A stretch of 53,779 bases of DNA from Gemmatimonadota bacterium (GTDB lineage Bacteria; Gemmatimonadota; Gemmatimonadetes; Gemmatimonadales; GWC2-71-9): NCBI GenBank assembly GCA_039588295.1, contig JBDHAB010000029.1, forward strand, positions 1-53,779, given 5' to 3'. How positions within the stretch are numbered: the first letter of the stretch is position 1; every line of letters begins with the position of its first letter. Below, one piece after another: positions 26,489 to 36,280 of the stretch. The notes beneath the pieces were generated by a model that was given only the letters and a program-made list of their open reading frames with translations, searched no databases and had not been told where the DNA came from. Both the position numbers and the translations under genes were made by a program.

Positions 26489-27342
26489 ATGCGAGGCAGG
26501 TGGCGGCCGATGCTCACGGCGCTCGCGGCGAGCCCCAGTACGGTGCCGAAGAGTACGAAGAGCGTTGACTGCAATCCGGAGAAGAAGGATGCCTGAAACA
26601 GGCCGCGACTCACCGCTAGGTACGCCCCGTAGTTGAGTAGGATGGCGAGGGCGCCGCCCAGTGCGCCTTTGATGGCGCCGTCGAGGAGGAACGGGCGCCG
26701 AATGAAGCCGTCGGTGGCGCCGACCAACCGCATGATGTGGATCTCGCGAGACCGGGCGAGCACCGTCATTCGTATCGTGGTGCCGATGATGATCACCGCT
26801 GCAGCTGCGAATCCAATGCCGATGATTGCGCCCACGATGCCGGCGATGCCACGCAGACGGTCGAGCTTCTCCACCCAGTCACCGCCGTACCGCACGTCTT
26901 CGGCGAACCGGAATCCCTCGAGCCGATCGGCGACTGCACGCACGTTCTCACTATCGCGGAACCCTTCCTTGAGACGGATCTCGAGCGAGGCGGGGAGTGG
27001 GTTGGTGGCGAGATCGTCGTAGATCCCCTGAAACTCGGTGAGTTGGTTGCGTGCGCGTTCCAGGGCCTGGTCCTCAGACACGTAGTCCACGGATGCGACT
27101 TCGGGGAACGCTTGGATATCACCGATCGCCACTGTTGCCACCTCGACCGGCGTGCCGCGCGTCAAGTACATCACGACCTCGACCCGCTCCGCAATCTCCG
27201 CAAGCGTATCGCGCAGGTTCAGTGCCACCAAACCGAAGAGCCCGAGCACGAACAGGGCAAAAGCAATGGTTGTAACGGCTAGGGCCGACAACACTGGAGC
27301 TCGGCGAAACGACAGGAGCGCTTCCCGGACGGTGAGCCTCAT
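26485..27342 (-). CDS. ftsX: Cell division permease FtsX
   Basis: NPLPASLE and EIHIMRLVGATDGFIRRPFL motifs; 4 TMs. Confidence 0.93.
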   Translation of the reverse strand: MRLTVREALLSFRRAPVLSALAVTTIAFALFVLGLFGLVALNLRDTLAEIAERVEVVMYLTRGTPVEVATVAIGDIQAFPEVASVDYVSEDQALERARNQLTEFQGIYDDLATNPLPASLEIRLKEGFRDSENVRAVADRLEGFRFAEDVRYGGDWVEKLDRLRGIAGIVGAIIGIGFAAAAVIIIGTTIRMTVLARSREIHIMRLVGATDGFIRRPFLLDGAIKGALGGALAILLNYGAYLAVSRGLFQASFFSGLQSTLFVLFGTVLGLAASAVSIGRHLPRI

Positions 27343-28037
27343 GGCGGGATGACTCCCACGCTCGCGCCGGTGTCCTCCTTGGAGTCGTAGACGAGGGCGC
27401 CTTCCTGCAACTCGAGCGTGCGGTAGTTGGCTTGCCGCACCAAGTCGAGATCGTGGGTTGCCAGAATGACGGCGGTCCCGGTTGCATTGATATCGCGGAG
27501 CAGCTCGAACACGCCGCGCGTCGCGCGCTCATCGAGGTTGCCAGTCGGCTCATCCGCCAGGATCACGAGCGGATCATTGACTAAGGCGCGTGCGATGGCG
27601 ACCCGCTGCTGCTCGCCGCCCGAGAGCTCGCGCGGATACGCGCGCGCCTTCGCCGCCAACCCAACCTGGGCCAGGACCCGCATCACCTTGGGGGCGATCG
27701 CAGTCCGTCTGGTCCCCGTGACCTCGAGGGCAAAGGCCACGTTCTCTTCAGCGGTGCGGTCCTCGAGCAGGCGAAAATCCTGGAATACGATCCCAAGTCG
27801 GCGGCGCAGGCGGGGGATCTCACGGCGGCTGATCTCCGCCGTCGTGAAACCCGAGACGCGCACGCTTCCTGAGGTTGGGAGATCCTCAGCGTAGACCAAG
27901 CGAAGCACCGTGGACTTCCCGGCACCGGAGTGGCCGGTGAAGAACAGGAATTCTCCCTTGGCCAAGTGGAAGGAAACATCTTTGAGCGCCAGCGACCCTT
28001 TGGGATAGGCCTTGAAGACCTTCGCGAATCGAATCAC
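27339..28037 (-). CDS. ftsE: Cell division ATP-binding protein FtsE
   Basis: [39 protein letters not shown] and ADEPTGNLD motifs. Confidence 0.95.
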   Translation of the reverse strand: MIRFAKVFKAYPKGSLALKDVSFHLAKGEFLFFTGHSGAGKSTVLRLVYAEDLPTSGSVRVSGFTTAEISRREIPRLRRRLGIVFQDFRLLEDRTAEENVAFALEVTGTRRTAIAPKVMRVLAQVGLAAKARAYPRELSGGEQQRVAIARALVNDPLVILADEPTGNLDERATRGVFELLRDINATGTAVILATHDLDLVRQANYRTLELQEGALVYDSKEDTGASVGVIPP

Positions 28038-28039
28038 TG

Positions 28040-29197
28040 CTAGAGTGCGCTGAAGGCAGCCTCGAAGTCAGCGATGATATCGCCGACGTCCTCGATGCCG
28101 AGGCTGATGCGCAGGAAGCCGTCCGGGATGCCCTGCGCCGCCCGCTGGTCCGGCGTGAGCGATGAGTGCGAAGTGAATCGCGGCTCCGACACGAGCGTTT
28201 CCACACCACCGAGGCTCGGCGCGTGGGCCACGAGTTTGAGCTTGCGGAGGACAGCATCGCTGGCTGCGGGCCCGCCGGCCAGCCTCAGCCCGACCATGCC
28301 GCCAAATCCGTTGAGTACCTCGGCGGCGATGTCGTGGTCGGGGTGGTCCTTCAATCCGGGGTAGTGAACCGCGCTCACGGCAGGCTGCTCGCTAGCCCAT
28401 GTGGCGAATGCCATGCCGTTGGCATTGTGTCGCTCCATCCGGACCGCGAGAGTCTTCACGCCGCGCTCGACGAGCCACGTCGCGTGCGGATCGGGAGACT
28501 GTCCCCATACCTGCATCAGCCGGCGCACCTCCTCGATCACGGCCTCGCTCCCCGCCACCACTCCCCCGATCACATCTGAGTGTCCGTTCAGGTACTTGGT
28601 CGCGCTGTGGATGACGACGTCCGCCTCGTGCTCGAGGGGACGGAAGTTGATCGGGGTCGCGAAGGTAGAATCCACGATCAGTGCGATTCCCCGCTCCCGG
28701 CAAAACCTTGCCAACGGCTCCGGGTCGGGGACCCGTATGAGCGGGTTGGTGGGCACTTCGACGAAGACCGCCCGCGTTTCTTTGCGAACGAGCTGCCGCC
28801 AGTTCCGCTGATTGTCGGGCTCGACGAACGTCACGTCTATCTCGAGCTTGCCGAACTCTTCCTCGAACAGCCGTCGCGTTCCACCGTAGATCCAGGTGCT
28901 AGCGAGGAGGTGATCGCCGGGCCGCAGCATGGCCAAGTGTGCGAGCGCCGTGGCCCCCATGCCGCTGGAGAGGAAGATGGCCCGCTCCGCCCCCTCGAGG
29001 GCGGCAAGCTTCTCGGCGAGGCTCACTTGATTGGGGTTGTTCCCATACCGTGTGTAGAGCACTTCCTCGGCGGAGCCCACCGGCTGATGAAACGTGCTAC
29101 TCTGGTAAATGGGAGTGGCAACCGGTGCGCGATCCGGGTGGTGCTGTGGCGTTCCGTGGACGGCGCGGGTTGAGGGGCCGGGACTCGCGGGCTTCAT
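28040..29197 (-). CDS. PLP-dependent Cys/Met metabolism enzyme (cystathionine gamma-synthase/lyase family)
   Basis: YTRYGNNP, SSGMGA, DSTFATP, HSATKYLNGHSD (PLP Lys) and SLGGVETL motifs. Confidence 0.92.
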   Translation of the reverse strand: MKPASPGPSTRAVHGTPQHHPDRAPVATPIYQSSTFHQPVGSAEEVLYTRYGNNPNQVSLAEKLAALEGAERAIFLSSGMGATALAHLAMLRPGDHLLASTWIYGGTRRLFEEEFGKLEIDVTFVEPDNQRNWRQLVRKETRAVFVEVPTNPLIRVPDPEPLARFCRERGIALIVDSTFATPINFRPLEHEADVVIHSATKYLNGHSDVIGGVVAGSEAVIEEVRRLMQVWGQSPDPHATWLVERGVKTLAVRMERHNANGMAFATWASEQPAVSAVHYPGLKDHPDHDIAAEVLNGFGGMVGLRLAGGPAASDAVLRKLKLVAHAPSLGGVETLVSEPRFTSHSSLTPDQRAAQGIPDGFLRISLGIEDVGDIIADFEAAFSAL

Positions 29198-29727
29198 TCG
29201 GTCGTGACGGAGGTGCGGTCCTGGGATTCTCGCTGCACCAGCCGTCGTGCGCGCAGCTCCTCGAGCACGTCATGCACGACGTCAGTGGACAACACCAACG
29301 GGTCTGCGGGTTCATCCGAGTCCGCCGTCCGCCGGTCACTGAGGTCCGAAACCGCGCGCCGCGCCTTGTCTGACACGGGCCCGAGCACTCGAATACGGCC
29401 ATCGCGATCTCGTGCCAACACCGCGAGTTGGTGCCGTTCGAGCACGTGCTCGATGGCTTCGCAGTGGGAGGCCGTCACCCCGTGCAGCACAAAATATCGG
29501 GCGTGGCCATACTCACGGAGTAGTTTGCCGACGATCTCGTCGGCGCAGGAGAAGTCGAGACACCGGACCGCGCTGAAGTCGATGACGGCGACCTGCTCAC
29601 CCTCGGATTCGGCCAGGGCCTGCTCGATGCCGTCGCGCACGGCTTTGCCGGTGGGTCGGGTTACGAGATCCCCGTACAGGCCCGACACGTTGCGATGGAG
29701 AATGGCTTTCAGATCGATCCAACGCAT
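29194..29727 (-). CDS. STAS-like (DUF4325-like) domain protein with possible C-terminal winged helix
   Basis: LVTRPTGKAVR...VIDFSAVRCLDFSCADE resembles the STAS phospho-Ser loop. The C-terminal LEELRARRLVQ resembles a wHTH end. Confidence 0.65.
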   Translation of the reverse strand: MRWIDLKAILHRNVSGLYGDLVTRPTGKAVRDGIEQALAESEGEQVAVIDFSAVRCLDFSCADEIVGKLLREYGHARYFVLHGVTASHCEAIEHVLERHQLAVLARDRDGRIRVLGPVSDKARRAVSDLSDRRTADSDEPADPLVLSTDVVHDVLEELRARRLVQRESQDRTSVTTE

Positions 29728-29732
29728 GCTCG

Positions 29733-30626
29733 TTATTTGGCCTCTTGTGCAGGGACGATCATTAGCACCTGACTGCCCGGGAATTCGGGAAGCCCCTCGG
29801 CCAGCGGCTGGTCTTCATCCCACGGCGGGACGATCGTGATGCGCGCGGACCCACTGCGTACGCTCAACTTCCCCGCCCAGCGATTGACATATCGGGCAAT
29901 TCCGCCGAGGCCTTGCCCGCGTCCCGGGTCCCGAAACCGGCTCGCGCCGTGGAACAGGGCAGCTTCGAGCGCCGCCGCGTCCCCCCAGCGATCCCCAAAC
30001 CGGCTGGCCTGCATCGTTTCGAGTGACCGGCGGAAGCCGATACCGGCATCCGCCACCGCGATCACCACCACCCGTCGCCCTAGTCGCTTGCGCCAGTGGT
30101 AGGCTTGCACCGCCACCCACCCCGACGTCCCGGCGTGCTCTACAATATTCTGACAAGCTTCCGAAAGCGCCATAGCGAAGCCCATGGTCGCGGTCGCCTC
30201 GAGACCCAGCTCACCCGATAAGATCGCGGCGGAGCGTTCCTGAATGGTCTGCACGACTCCGTGCACGTCATCGGAGCCGCGCACCGGGGTGATCTCCAGC
30301 AGCACGTCCGACGAGTGACTCACCGCAACACGTGGTACCTTGCCGTGGATCTCGAACCAGTCCTCGGCGTGATCGAAGAAGCCGGCACGGGCCCAGTAGT
30401 GGGCAATGTCTCGGTCGTTCGGGATGGTGAGTAGCGGCCGTTCCGGTCCGTGTTCCGTCGCCCACTGGCCGGCCGCCAGGAGTCCCACGAGTCCGTAGGG
30501 GGACGCCCACTGGGTCGCGTGGGCGTCAAACAGCAGCCGATCGTCCGTCCAGTCGCCGCACGCGCGGCCGAACAGGTCAAAGGATCGGTCGTCGAACTGG
30601 GCGGGGACATCGACCACCCGGGTCAT
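29733..30626 (-). CDS. STAS-like + HATPase_c (anti-sigma-factor-type Ser kinase) fusion protein
   Basis: N-terminal LLFD..TQWASPYGLVGL...GFF (STAS-like). C-terminal GHKL boxes EACQNIVEHA (N), DAGIGF (G1) and GRGQGL (G2). No HisKA domain. Confidence 0.75.
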   Translation of the reverse strand: MTRVVDVPAQFDDRSFDLFGRACGDWTDDRLLFDAHATQWASPYGLVGLLAAGQWATEHGPERPLLTIPNDRDIAHYWARAGFFDHAEDWFEIHGKVPRVAVSHSSDVLLEITPVRGSDDVHGVVQTIQERSAAILSGELGLEATATMGFAMALSEACQNIVEHAGTSGWVAVQAYHWRKRLGRRVVVIAVADAGIGFRRSLETMQASRFGDRWGDAAALEAALFHGASRFRDPGRGQGLGGIARYVNRWAGKLSVRSGSARITIVPPWDEDQPLAEGLPEFPGSQVLMIVPAQEAK

Positions 30627-31576
30627 GTCGGAACGATCTCACCGCGGAGGTGATGGTGCAAGCTGGTCGCGCCGCGGTACTGCACGTTGCGGGCGGCGAG
30701 CACGTTGGCCGCTTCGACGGCGCGCGCGACATCTCTCCCACGAATGAGTTGGGCCGCCAACGCCCCTCCAAATACGTCGCCGCATCCCGTGGGATCGAGC
30801 ACCTCAACCTTGAGGGTTTCCACCCGTGCAGTCTGGAGCGGTTGCTGGACCATTGCGGGACCGCCGCGCTCCTCGGCGAAGCGGAACTCCTTGGCGGTGA
30901 AGTAGACGGCACCCTGGTCGCCCAGCGTGACCACGAGTAATCGGACGCCGCATCCCATGGCGCGAGCCGCGACCTCCAACGGCTCGTCTCCGACGAGCGC
31001 GAGCTCGTCCTCGTTGAGCTGGACGACGTCGAAGCAGGTAAACCACTCCGCGATGTCGGGAAGCCGCTGGGGCACTCGCGTGCCGTCGCAGGCAACGCCC
31101 AGCAGCAGGCTATGGAGATCCGCGTACATCGGACCGTGGAAGGCCTGGCGTAGCTGGCGCGCGGTGTCCAGCGTCAGCTCGAATCCCGAGATGAAGTTGA
31201 CGTATATCGCCTGAAGATCGCGCACGAGCGGGCCCAATTCGTGCCATTGCCATGGCGGAACGCCACCGCTCAGCCGCTCCGCACGGCGCTTCTCGGACTC
31301 GTACCGTAGGGTGACGCGGTTGTTCGGCTCGGGCACTTCAATGAACCGGGCGGCCGACGAGCGTTTCGTCAGACTGTTCAGGAAAGTGTTCGCCCTTGGT
31401 GCGAGGTCACGCCCCACCTTGATCAGCGGAACGATCTCCCAGTTCCGAGGCAGCGACACCTCCAACGCCGAGAGCGCGTAGGCGATCCCACCCCACTCCT
31501 CGACGGGTTCGGCGCTCTCGCCGCGGCCGTAGATCGTGTCCCACACCATGGTGCCGACGATTCCCAATCGGTTCAC
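30623..31576 (-). CDS. PfkB-family carbohydrate kinase
   Basis: QLNEDE, VTLGDQGA and DPTGCGDVFGG signature. The GTG start overlaps the ROK stop. Confidence 0.88.
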   Translation of the reverse strand: MNRLGIVGTMVWDTIYGRGESAEPVEEWGGIAYALSALEVSLPRNWEIVPLIKVGRDLAPRANTFLNSLTKRSSAARFIEVPEPNNRVTLRYESEKRRAERLSGGVPPWQWHELGPLVRDLQAIYVNFISGFELTLDTARQLRQAFHGPMYADLHSLLLGVACDGTRVPQRLPDIAEWFTCFDVVQLNEDELALVGDEPLEVAARAMGCGVRLLVVTLGDQGAVYFTAKEFRFAEERGGPAMVQQPLQTARVETLKVEVLDPTGCGDVFGGALAAQLIRGRDVARAVEAANVLAARNVQYRGATSLHHHLRGEIVPT

Positions 31577-32553
31577 GCCGCGCCCCATGTCTGGACCTTG
31601 AACGCGGCCACGGCCCCGTACACCCCCGCCGTTCCGGCCAGTGCACCGGGTACGATCCGGCAACGCTCCACCGCTGGCCGAAAGGCGCGTTGTTTGACCT
31701 CGGCCCGGAGCGGTTTGAACAGGCGGTCACCTGCAGCTGTTACACCTCCACAGATCACCACCACCTCGGGATTGAAGATGTTGATGAGATTCGCGACCCC
31801 CGCACCGAGGAAGTGTGCAGTGTTGTTGATGACCTCCAGTGCGTACTCATCCCCTGCGTGAGCGGCATCGTACACCACTTGAGCCGTGACGGCGTTCAGG
31901 TCCCCATCCACATACGTCCCGAGTGTCGAATCCGCCCCCGCCTGGATCCCCTCCACGGCACGTGCGGCAATCGCCGTCCCCGAGGCGTACGCCTCGATAC
32001 AGCCGTAGTTGCCGCAGTTGCAGCGTCTGCCGGTGGAGTCGATCGTCATGTGCCCGATCTCACCGGCAATGTCGCTGGCGCCGTGGAAGATCTCGCCGTT
32101 GAGAATGATCCCGCCACCGATCCCGGTGCCGATGGTGAGCCCCACCACGGTCTGGGCATTGCGAGCCGCACCACGCCACCACTCGCCGAAGATGGCGCAG
32201 TTGGCATCGTTGTCGAGCGTCGCCGGAAGCCCGACCGCATCGCTCACGCGATCACGCAGCGGCAAGTTGCGCCAACCCAGGTTCGGTGTCAGCAGCACCA
32301 CGCCCGTCTTGGTGTCGAGCGGACCGGGCGAGCCAATCCCCACACCCGCGACGTCCACCGCCTCGCCGATGATCGACCGAGCCTCCGTGAGCGAACGGTC
32401 GACCAGCTGGGCGATCTGGGCGATCACCGCATCGGGACCATCCGTATTGAGCGTGCGTGACTTCTGCAGACCGTGTACCGCGCTCCCGTCCTCGGGCACG
32501 GTGCCCACCACGACGTTGGTTCCACCCACATCCACTCCGACGATGTAGCGCAT
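31573..32553 (-). CDS. ROK-family sugar kinase (glucokinase-like)
   Basis: GVDVGGT, DNDANCA..GE, TIGTGIGGG and GEIGH...CNCGNYGCIE motifs. Confidence 0.93.
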   Translation of the reverse strand: MRYIVGVDVGGTNVVVGTVPEDGSAVHGLQKSRTLNTDGPDAVIAQIAQLVDRSLTEARSIIGEAVDVAGVGIGSPGPLDTKTGVVLLTPNLGWRNLPLRDRVSDAVGLPATLDNDANCAIFGEWWRGAARNAQTVVGLTIGTGIGGGIILNGEIFHGASDIAGEIGHMTIDSTGRRCNCGNYGCIEAYASGTAIAARAVEGIQAGADSTLGTYVDGDLNAVTAQVVYDAAHAGDEYALEVINNTAHFLGAGVANLINIFNPEVVVICGGVTAAGDRLFKPLRAEVKQRAFRPAVERCRIVPGALAGTAGVYGAVAAFKVQTWGAA

Positions 32554-32563
32554 GGCCCGCTCC

Positions 32564-34360
32564 TCAGTCCACTCGCAGGACGGCGAGGAACGCCTCCTGC
32601 GGGATCTCGACCGTGCCGATCTGTTTCATGCGTTTCTTCCCTTCCTTCTGCTTCTCGAGGAGTTTTCGTTTCCGCGTTACATCGCCGCCATAGCACTTTG
32701 CGGTCACGTTCTTGCGGAGCGGGCGGACTGTTTCACGCGCGATGACCCGCGTCCCGATCGCGGCTTGGATGATCACTTCAAAGAGTTGTCTGGGAATCAG
32801 CTCCTTCAACTTCTCGGCCACCTTCCGGCCCCACTCGTATGCCTTGTCACGATGGATGATCACGCTGAAGGCATCGACCGGCTCTCCGTTGATGAGCATG
32901 TCGAGTTTCACGAGCTCGTTCGGTCGATAGCCGAACAGCTCGTAGTCCATTGACGCGTACCCACGAGAGACGGTCTTCAAGCGATCGTAGAAGTCCAGGA
33001 TGATCTCCGCCAGCGGAAACTCCCAGTCGAGCTCGACCCTGGTGGGGTTGAGGTACTGCATCCCGAGGTAGCCACCACGACGTTCCTGTCCCAGCTGCAT
33101 CACAGCACCGATGTATTCGGTCGGCGAGGTGATCCGCGCCTTGATGTACGGTTCCTCGACGCGATCGACCTCCGATCCCGTCGGTAGCTTGGTCGGGTTC
33201 TCGATCACGCTCGTCTCACCGCTCGTGAAATACACGTGGTACTCAACGTTGGGCACGGTAGCGATAAGATTGAGGTCCCACTCGCGCTGGAGCCGCTCAC
33301 GTACGATCTCCATATGGAGCAGGCCGAGGAACCCGCAGCGAAACCCGAACCCCAACGCGACGGACGACTCGGGCTCGTAGTGGAGCGACGCATCGTTGAG
33401 TTGGAGTTTCTCGAGGGCATCGCGCAACTCCTCGTACTGATTCGCGTCCGTCGGATACATGCCGGCGAACACCATGGGGTGAATGTCGCGATATCCGGGC
33501 AGCATGGTCGCTGCGGGACGCGCCGCATCGAGCACGGTGTCGCCAACACGCGTCTCCTGCACGCCGCGGATGTTGGCCACCACGTAGCCGACTTCACCGG
33601 CCTCGAGCGTCTCGGTCGAACGCTGGCCGAGCTGCAAGTACCCGACGTCGGCGACCTCGTACGCGTCCTCCGGATGGGTGCCGAACGCGATCTCCAATCC
33701 CTTGCGCAAGCGCCCGTCCACGACGCGGACACTCGGGATCGCTCCACGGTACCGGTCATAGTACGAATCGAAGATCAGCGCCCGGAGCGGAGCCTCAGGA
33801 TCGCCCGCCGGGGACGGGATACGGCTGACGATGGCCTCGAGTAGCTCCGTGATTCCCGCGCCCTCCTTCGCCGACAGGCGCAACACGTCGGACTCCGGGG
33901 CGCCGATCAGTTCCGCCAGCTCGGCGGCCCGCCGGTCGGGTTCGGCTGCCGGAAGGTCGATCTTGTTGAGCACGGGAATGATCTCGAGGCCGGCGTCGAT
34001 TGCCAGCAGCAGGTTGCTCACCGTCTGGGCCTGAACCCCCTGACTGGCATCGACCACGAGTAAGGCACCCTCGCACGCGTTGAGTGATCGTGAGACTTCA
34101 TAGGTGAAATCCACGTGACCCGGCGTGTCGATGAGATTCAACTCGTAGTCGCCGGCGGTCGTTGCATACTGCATGCGTACGGCATTGAGCTTGATCGTGA
34201 TGCCTCGCTCGCGCTCGAGATCCATGGTGTCGAGGACCTGCGCGCGCATGCGCCGTTGCTCGAGGGTCCCCGTCGCCTCGAGGATGCGGTCGGCGAGCGT
34301 GGATTTCCCGTGGTCGATGTGCGCGACGATGCAGAAATTGCGAATATGGTCCTGCCGCAT
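32564..34360 (-). CDS. lepA: Elongation factor 4
   Basis: [44 protein letters not shown] and [25 protein letters not shown] motifs. Confidence 0.98.
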   Translation of the reverse strand: MRQDHIRNFCIVAHIDHGKSTLADRILEATGTLEQRRMRAQVLDTMDLERERGITIKLNAVRMQYATTAGDYELNLIDTPGHVDFTYEVSRSLNACEGALLVVDASQGVQAQTVSNLLLAIDAGLEIIPVLNKIDLPAAEPDRRAAELAELIGAPESDVLRLSAKEGAGITELLEAIVSRIPSPAGDPEAPLRALIFDSYYDRYRGAIPSVRVVDGRLRKGLEIAFGTHPEDAYEVADVGYLQLGQRSTETLEAGEVGYVVANIRGVQETRVGDTVLDAARPAATMLPGYRDIHPMVFAGMYPTDANQYEELRDALEKLQLNDASLHYEPESSVALGFGFRCGFLGLLHMEIVRERLQREWDLNLIATVPNVEYHVYFTSGETSVIENPTKLPTGSEVDRVEEPYIKARITSPTEYIGAVMQLGQERRGGYLGMQYLNPTRVELDWEFPLAEIILDFYDRLKTVSRGYASMDYELFGYRPNELVKLDMLINGEPVDAFSVIIHRDKAYEWGRKVAEKLKELIPRQLFEVIIQAAIGTRVIARETVRPLRKNVTAKCYGGDVTRKRKLLEKQKEGKKRMKQIGTVEIPQEAFLAVLRVD

Positions 34361-34441
34361 GGGGGGGAATATAACGGTGGGGTGGCTGGCCCCTGCGTCC
34401 CCCCGTATCCTTTGAGCGAATCGGTCCGGAGTGCGCCCGTG

Positions 34442-36220
34442 ATGTCGCACGAGAGTTCAGCAATCCACGCGGTAGTGCTGGGTGTCGTGGGTCTGGTGGT
34501 CCTCACGGTCCAGCCCCCGGTACTCACGGCCCAGAATGTCCCGCGTCCCAATCAACGAGTGGTTGCCGAGCACGGGGTCGTCGCGGCCGCACATTCCGAA
34601 GCGGCCGAGGCTGGCCTCGCCATGCTGCGGGCCGGCGGCAACGCGGTCGATGCCGCGGTGGCCACCGCGTTCGCGCTGGGTGTGGTCGAGCCGATGATGG
34701 CTGGGGTGGGTGGGGGTGGGTCGATGACCATCTGGATGCCCGAGCAACGGGAACCATGGCATCTCGAGTTCTACGCCTCGGCCGGAGCGGATCCGGATAG
34801 CGCGCTGGATAGCGTTCCCGAATCGGAAGTGGATTCGGTGAGCGCCGAGCGCTGGGTCGGAGTGCCGGGTGCCGTCGCGGGACTGCTCGAAGCCCACGAG
34901 CGGTACGGCCGCCTCCCCCGCGCACAGCTCCTGGATCCGGCGATCCGACTTGCCGGGGAGGGGTTTCACGTCCACCCACTCCTGGCGCGTGTGATTGCGG
35001 ATTCGGAGGAGAAGCTGCAACGAGACGACCGTGCCGCCGGGCTCTTCTATCCGAAAGGCATGCCGCTGGGCGCAGGGGAGCGGCTCGTGCAACCTGCGCT
35101 CGCCCGCACTCTGGAGCGGATTCGCGACCATGGACGTGACGGGTTCTATCGCGGAGAGACAGCGGAACGTGTCGTCGCGACCCTCCGCAACGGTGGGAGC
35201 CGGGTCACGACGCAGGACTTGGCACGGTTCCGTCCACGGTGGAGGCGACCCCTGTGCGGCACCTATCGCGACTTCACGGTACTGACGGCGGCACCGCCGC
35301 TTTCCGGAGCGCAGGTGCTCGAAACCTTGAAACTGCTCGAGTCGATCGACCTGGCGTCGCTTGGCCTGCCGTGGGGTGACGCCGGAGCAGCAGGCGCGCT
35401 GATCGATGCCATCCGGATCGCCCGCGCCGATCGTGACGCGTGGTTGGGCGACGCGCCCGAGGTGGTGGCCCTGACGTCACCGGGGTACGTGCGGGGTCGC
35501 GTCGGACTGCTTGGCCTCGATCCCGTCCCAACGGTAATTGAGCCCGGCGACCTCGACTCGGACCGGCCGGACGGTGCACCGACCGCGTGCCGCCGCCTTG
35601 GCATCGGACCAGCGGGTGCGGCTCTCGAACGGCTCGGCGCGGCCACGGACGTCGGCCGCCGGCCCACAGACGATGGGGAGACAACCCACCTCTCAGTAAT
35701 AGACAGCGACGGCAACGCCGTGGCGCTCACCTTCACCTTGGGCGGTTACTTCGGCTACGGTGTGTTCGCCGCAGGCGCGTTCTTCAATGATGCAATGGAG
35801 AACTTCGGCGGTCCCGCGACCAATCGGCGCGGGCCGCACCGGACGCCGCGGTCCACGACCGCGCCGACCATCGTGCTGTCGGGCGATCGTGTGCGCCTCG
35901 TCGTCGGCTCACCGGGCGGAGCGCGAATCACGCCGGCAATCGTGCAAACGATCGTCTATGCGCTGGACTTTGACGTGGATCTCTGGACCGCGCTTGCCGC
36001 GCCGCGGGCTTTCCCTGCATACGACAGCCGCGAGGTCCGACTCGAACCGGGCTTTGCAGCACCCGTACTGGCGGAGCTACGCCGGCGAGGCTACGCGCTC
36101 ACCGCGCGCCCGCCCTTTGACCTCTACTTCGGCGGGGTACACGCGGTGCTCGTGGAGGACGACGGAACAATGGTGGGTGCCGCGGATCCGCGACGGGACG
36201 GGGCGGCGGTGGGGTATTGA
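34442..36220 (+). CDS. Gamma-glutamyltransferase-family Ntn hydrolase (secreted)
   Basis: Signal peptide; [26 protein letters not shown] (Thr nucleophile), GSPGG and GAADPRRDG motifs. Confidence 0.9.
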   Translation: MSHESSAIHAVVLGVVGLVVLTVQPPVLTAQNVPRPNQRVVAEHGVVAAAHSEAAEAGLAMLRAGGNAVDAAVATAFALGVVEPMMAGVGGGGSMTIWMPEQREPWHLEFYASAGADPDSALDSVPESEVDSVSAERWVGVPGAVAGLLEAHERYGRLPRAQLLDPAIRLAGEGFHVHPLLARVIADSEEKLQRDDRAAGLFYPKGMPLGAGERLVQPALARTLERIRDHGRDGFYRGETAERVVATLRNGGSRVTTQDLARFRPRWRRPLCGTYRDFTVLTAAPPLSGAQVLETLKLLESIDLASLGLPWGDAGAAGALIDAIRIARADRDAWLGDAPEVVALTSPGYVRGRVGLLGLDPVPTVIEPGDLDSDRPDGAPTACRRLGIGPAGAALERLGAATDVGRRPTDDGETTHLSVIDSDGNAVALTFTLGGYFGYGVFAAGAFFNDAMENFGGPATNRRGPHRTPRSTTAPTIVLSGDRVRLVVGSPGGARITPAIVQTIVYALDFDVDLWTALAAPRAFPAYDSREVRLEPGFAAPVLAELRRRGYALTARPPFDLYFGGVHAVLVEDDGTMVGAADPRRDGAAVGY

Positions 36221-36271
36221 GAAGCGATAAGCGATAAGGGAGAAGCATCCCTTGTCCCTTCTTCGCTTCTC
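36219..36271. terminator. Compound hairpin between convergent genes
   Basis: Outer arms GAGAAGCGA / TCGCTTCTC and inner arms AAGGGA-GAAGCA-TCCCTT. Confidence 0.45.
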
Positions 36272-36280
36272 CCTCACACC

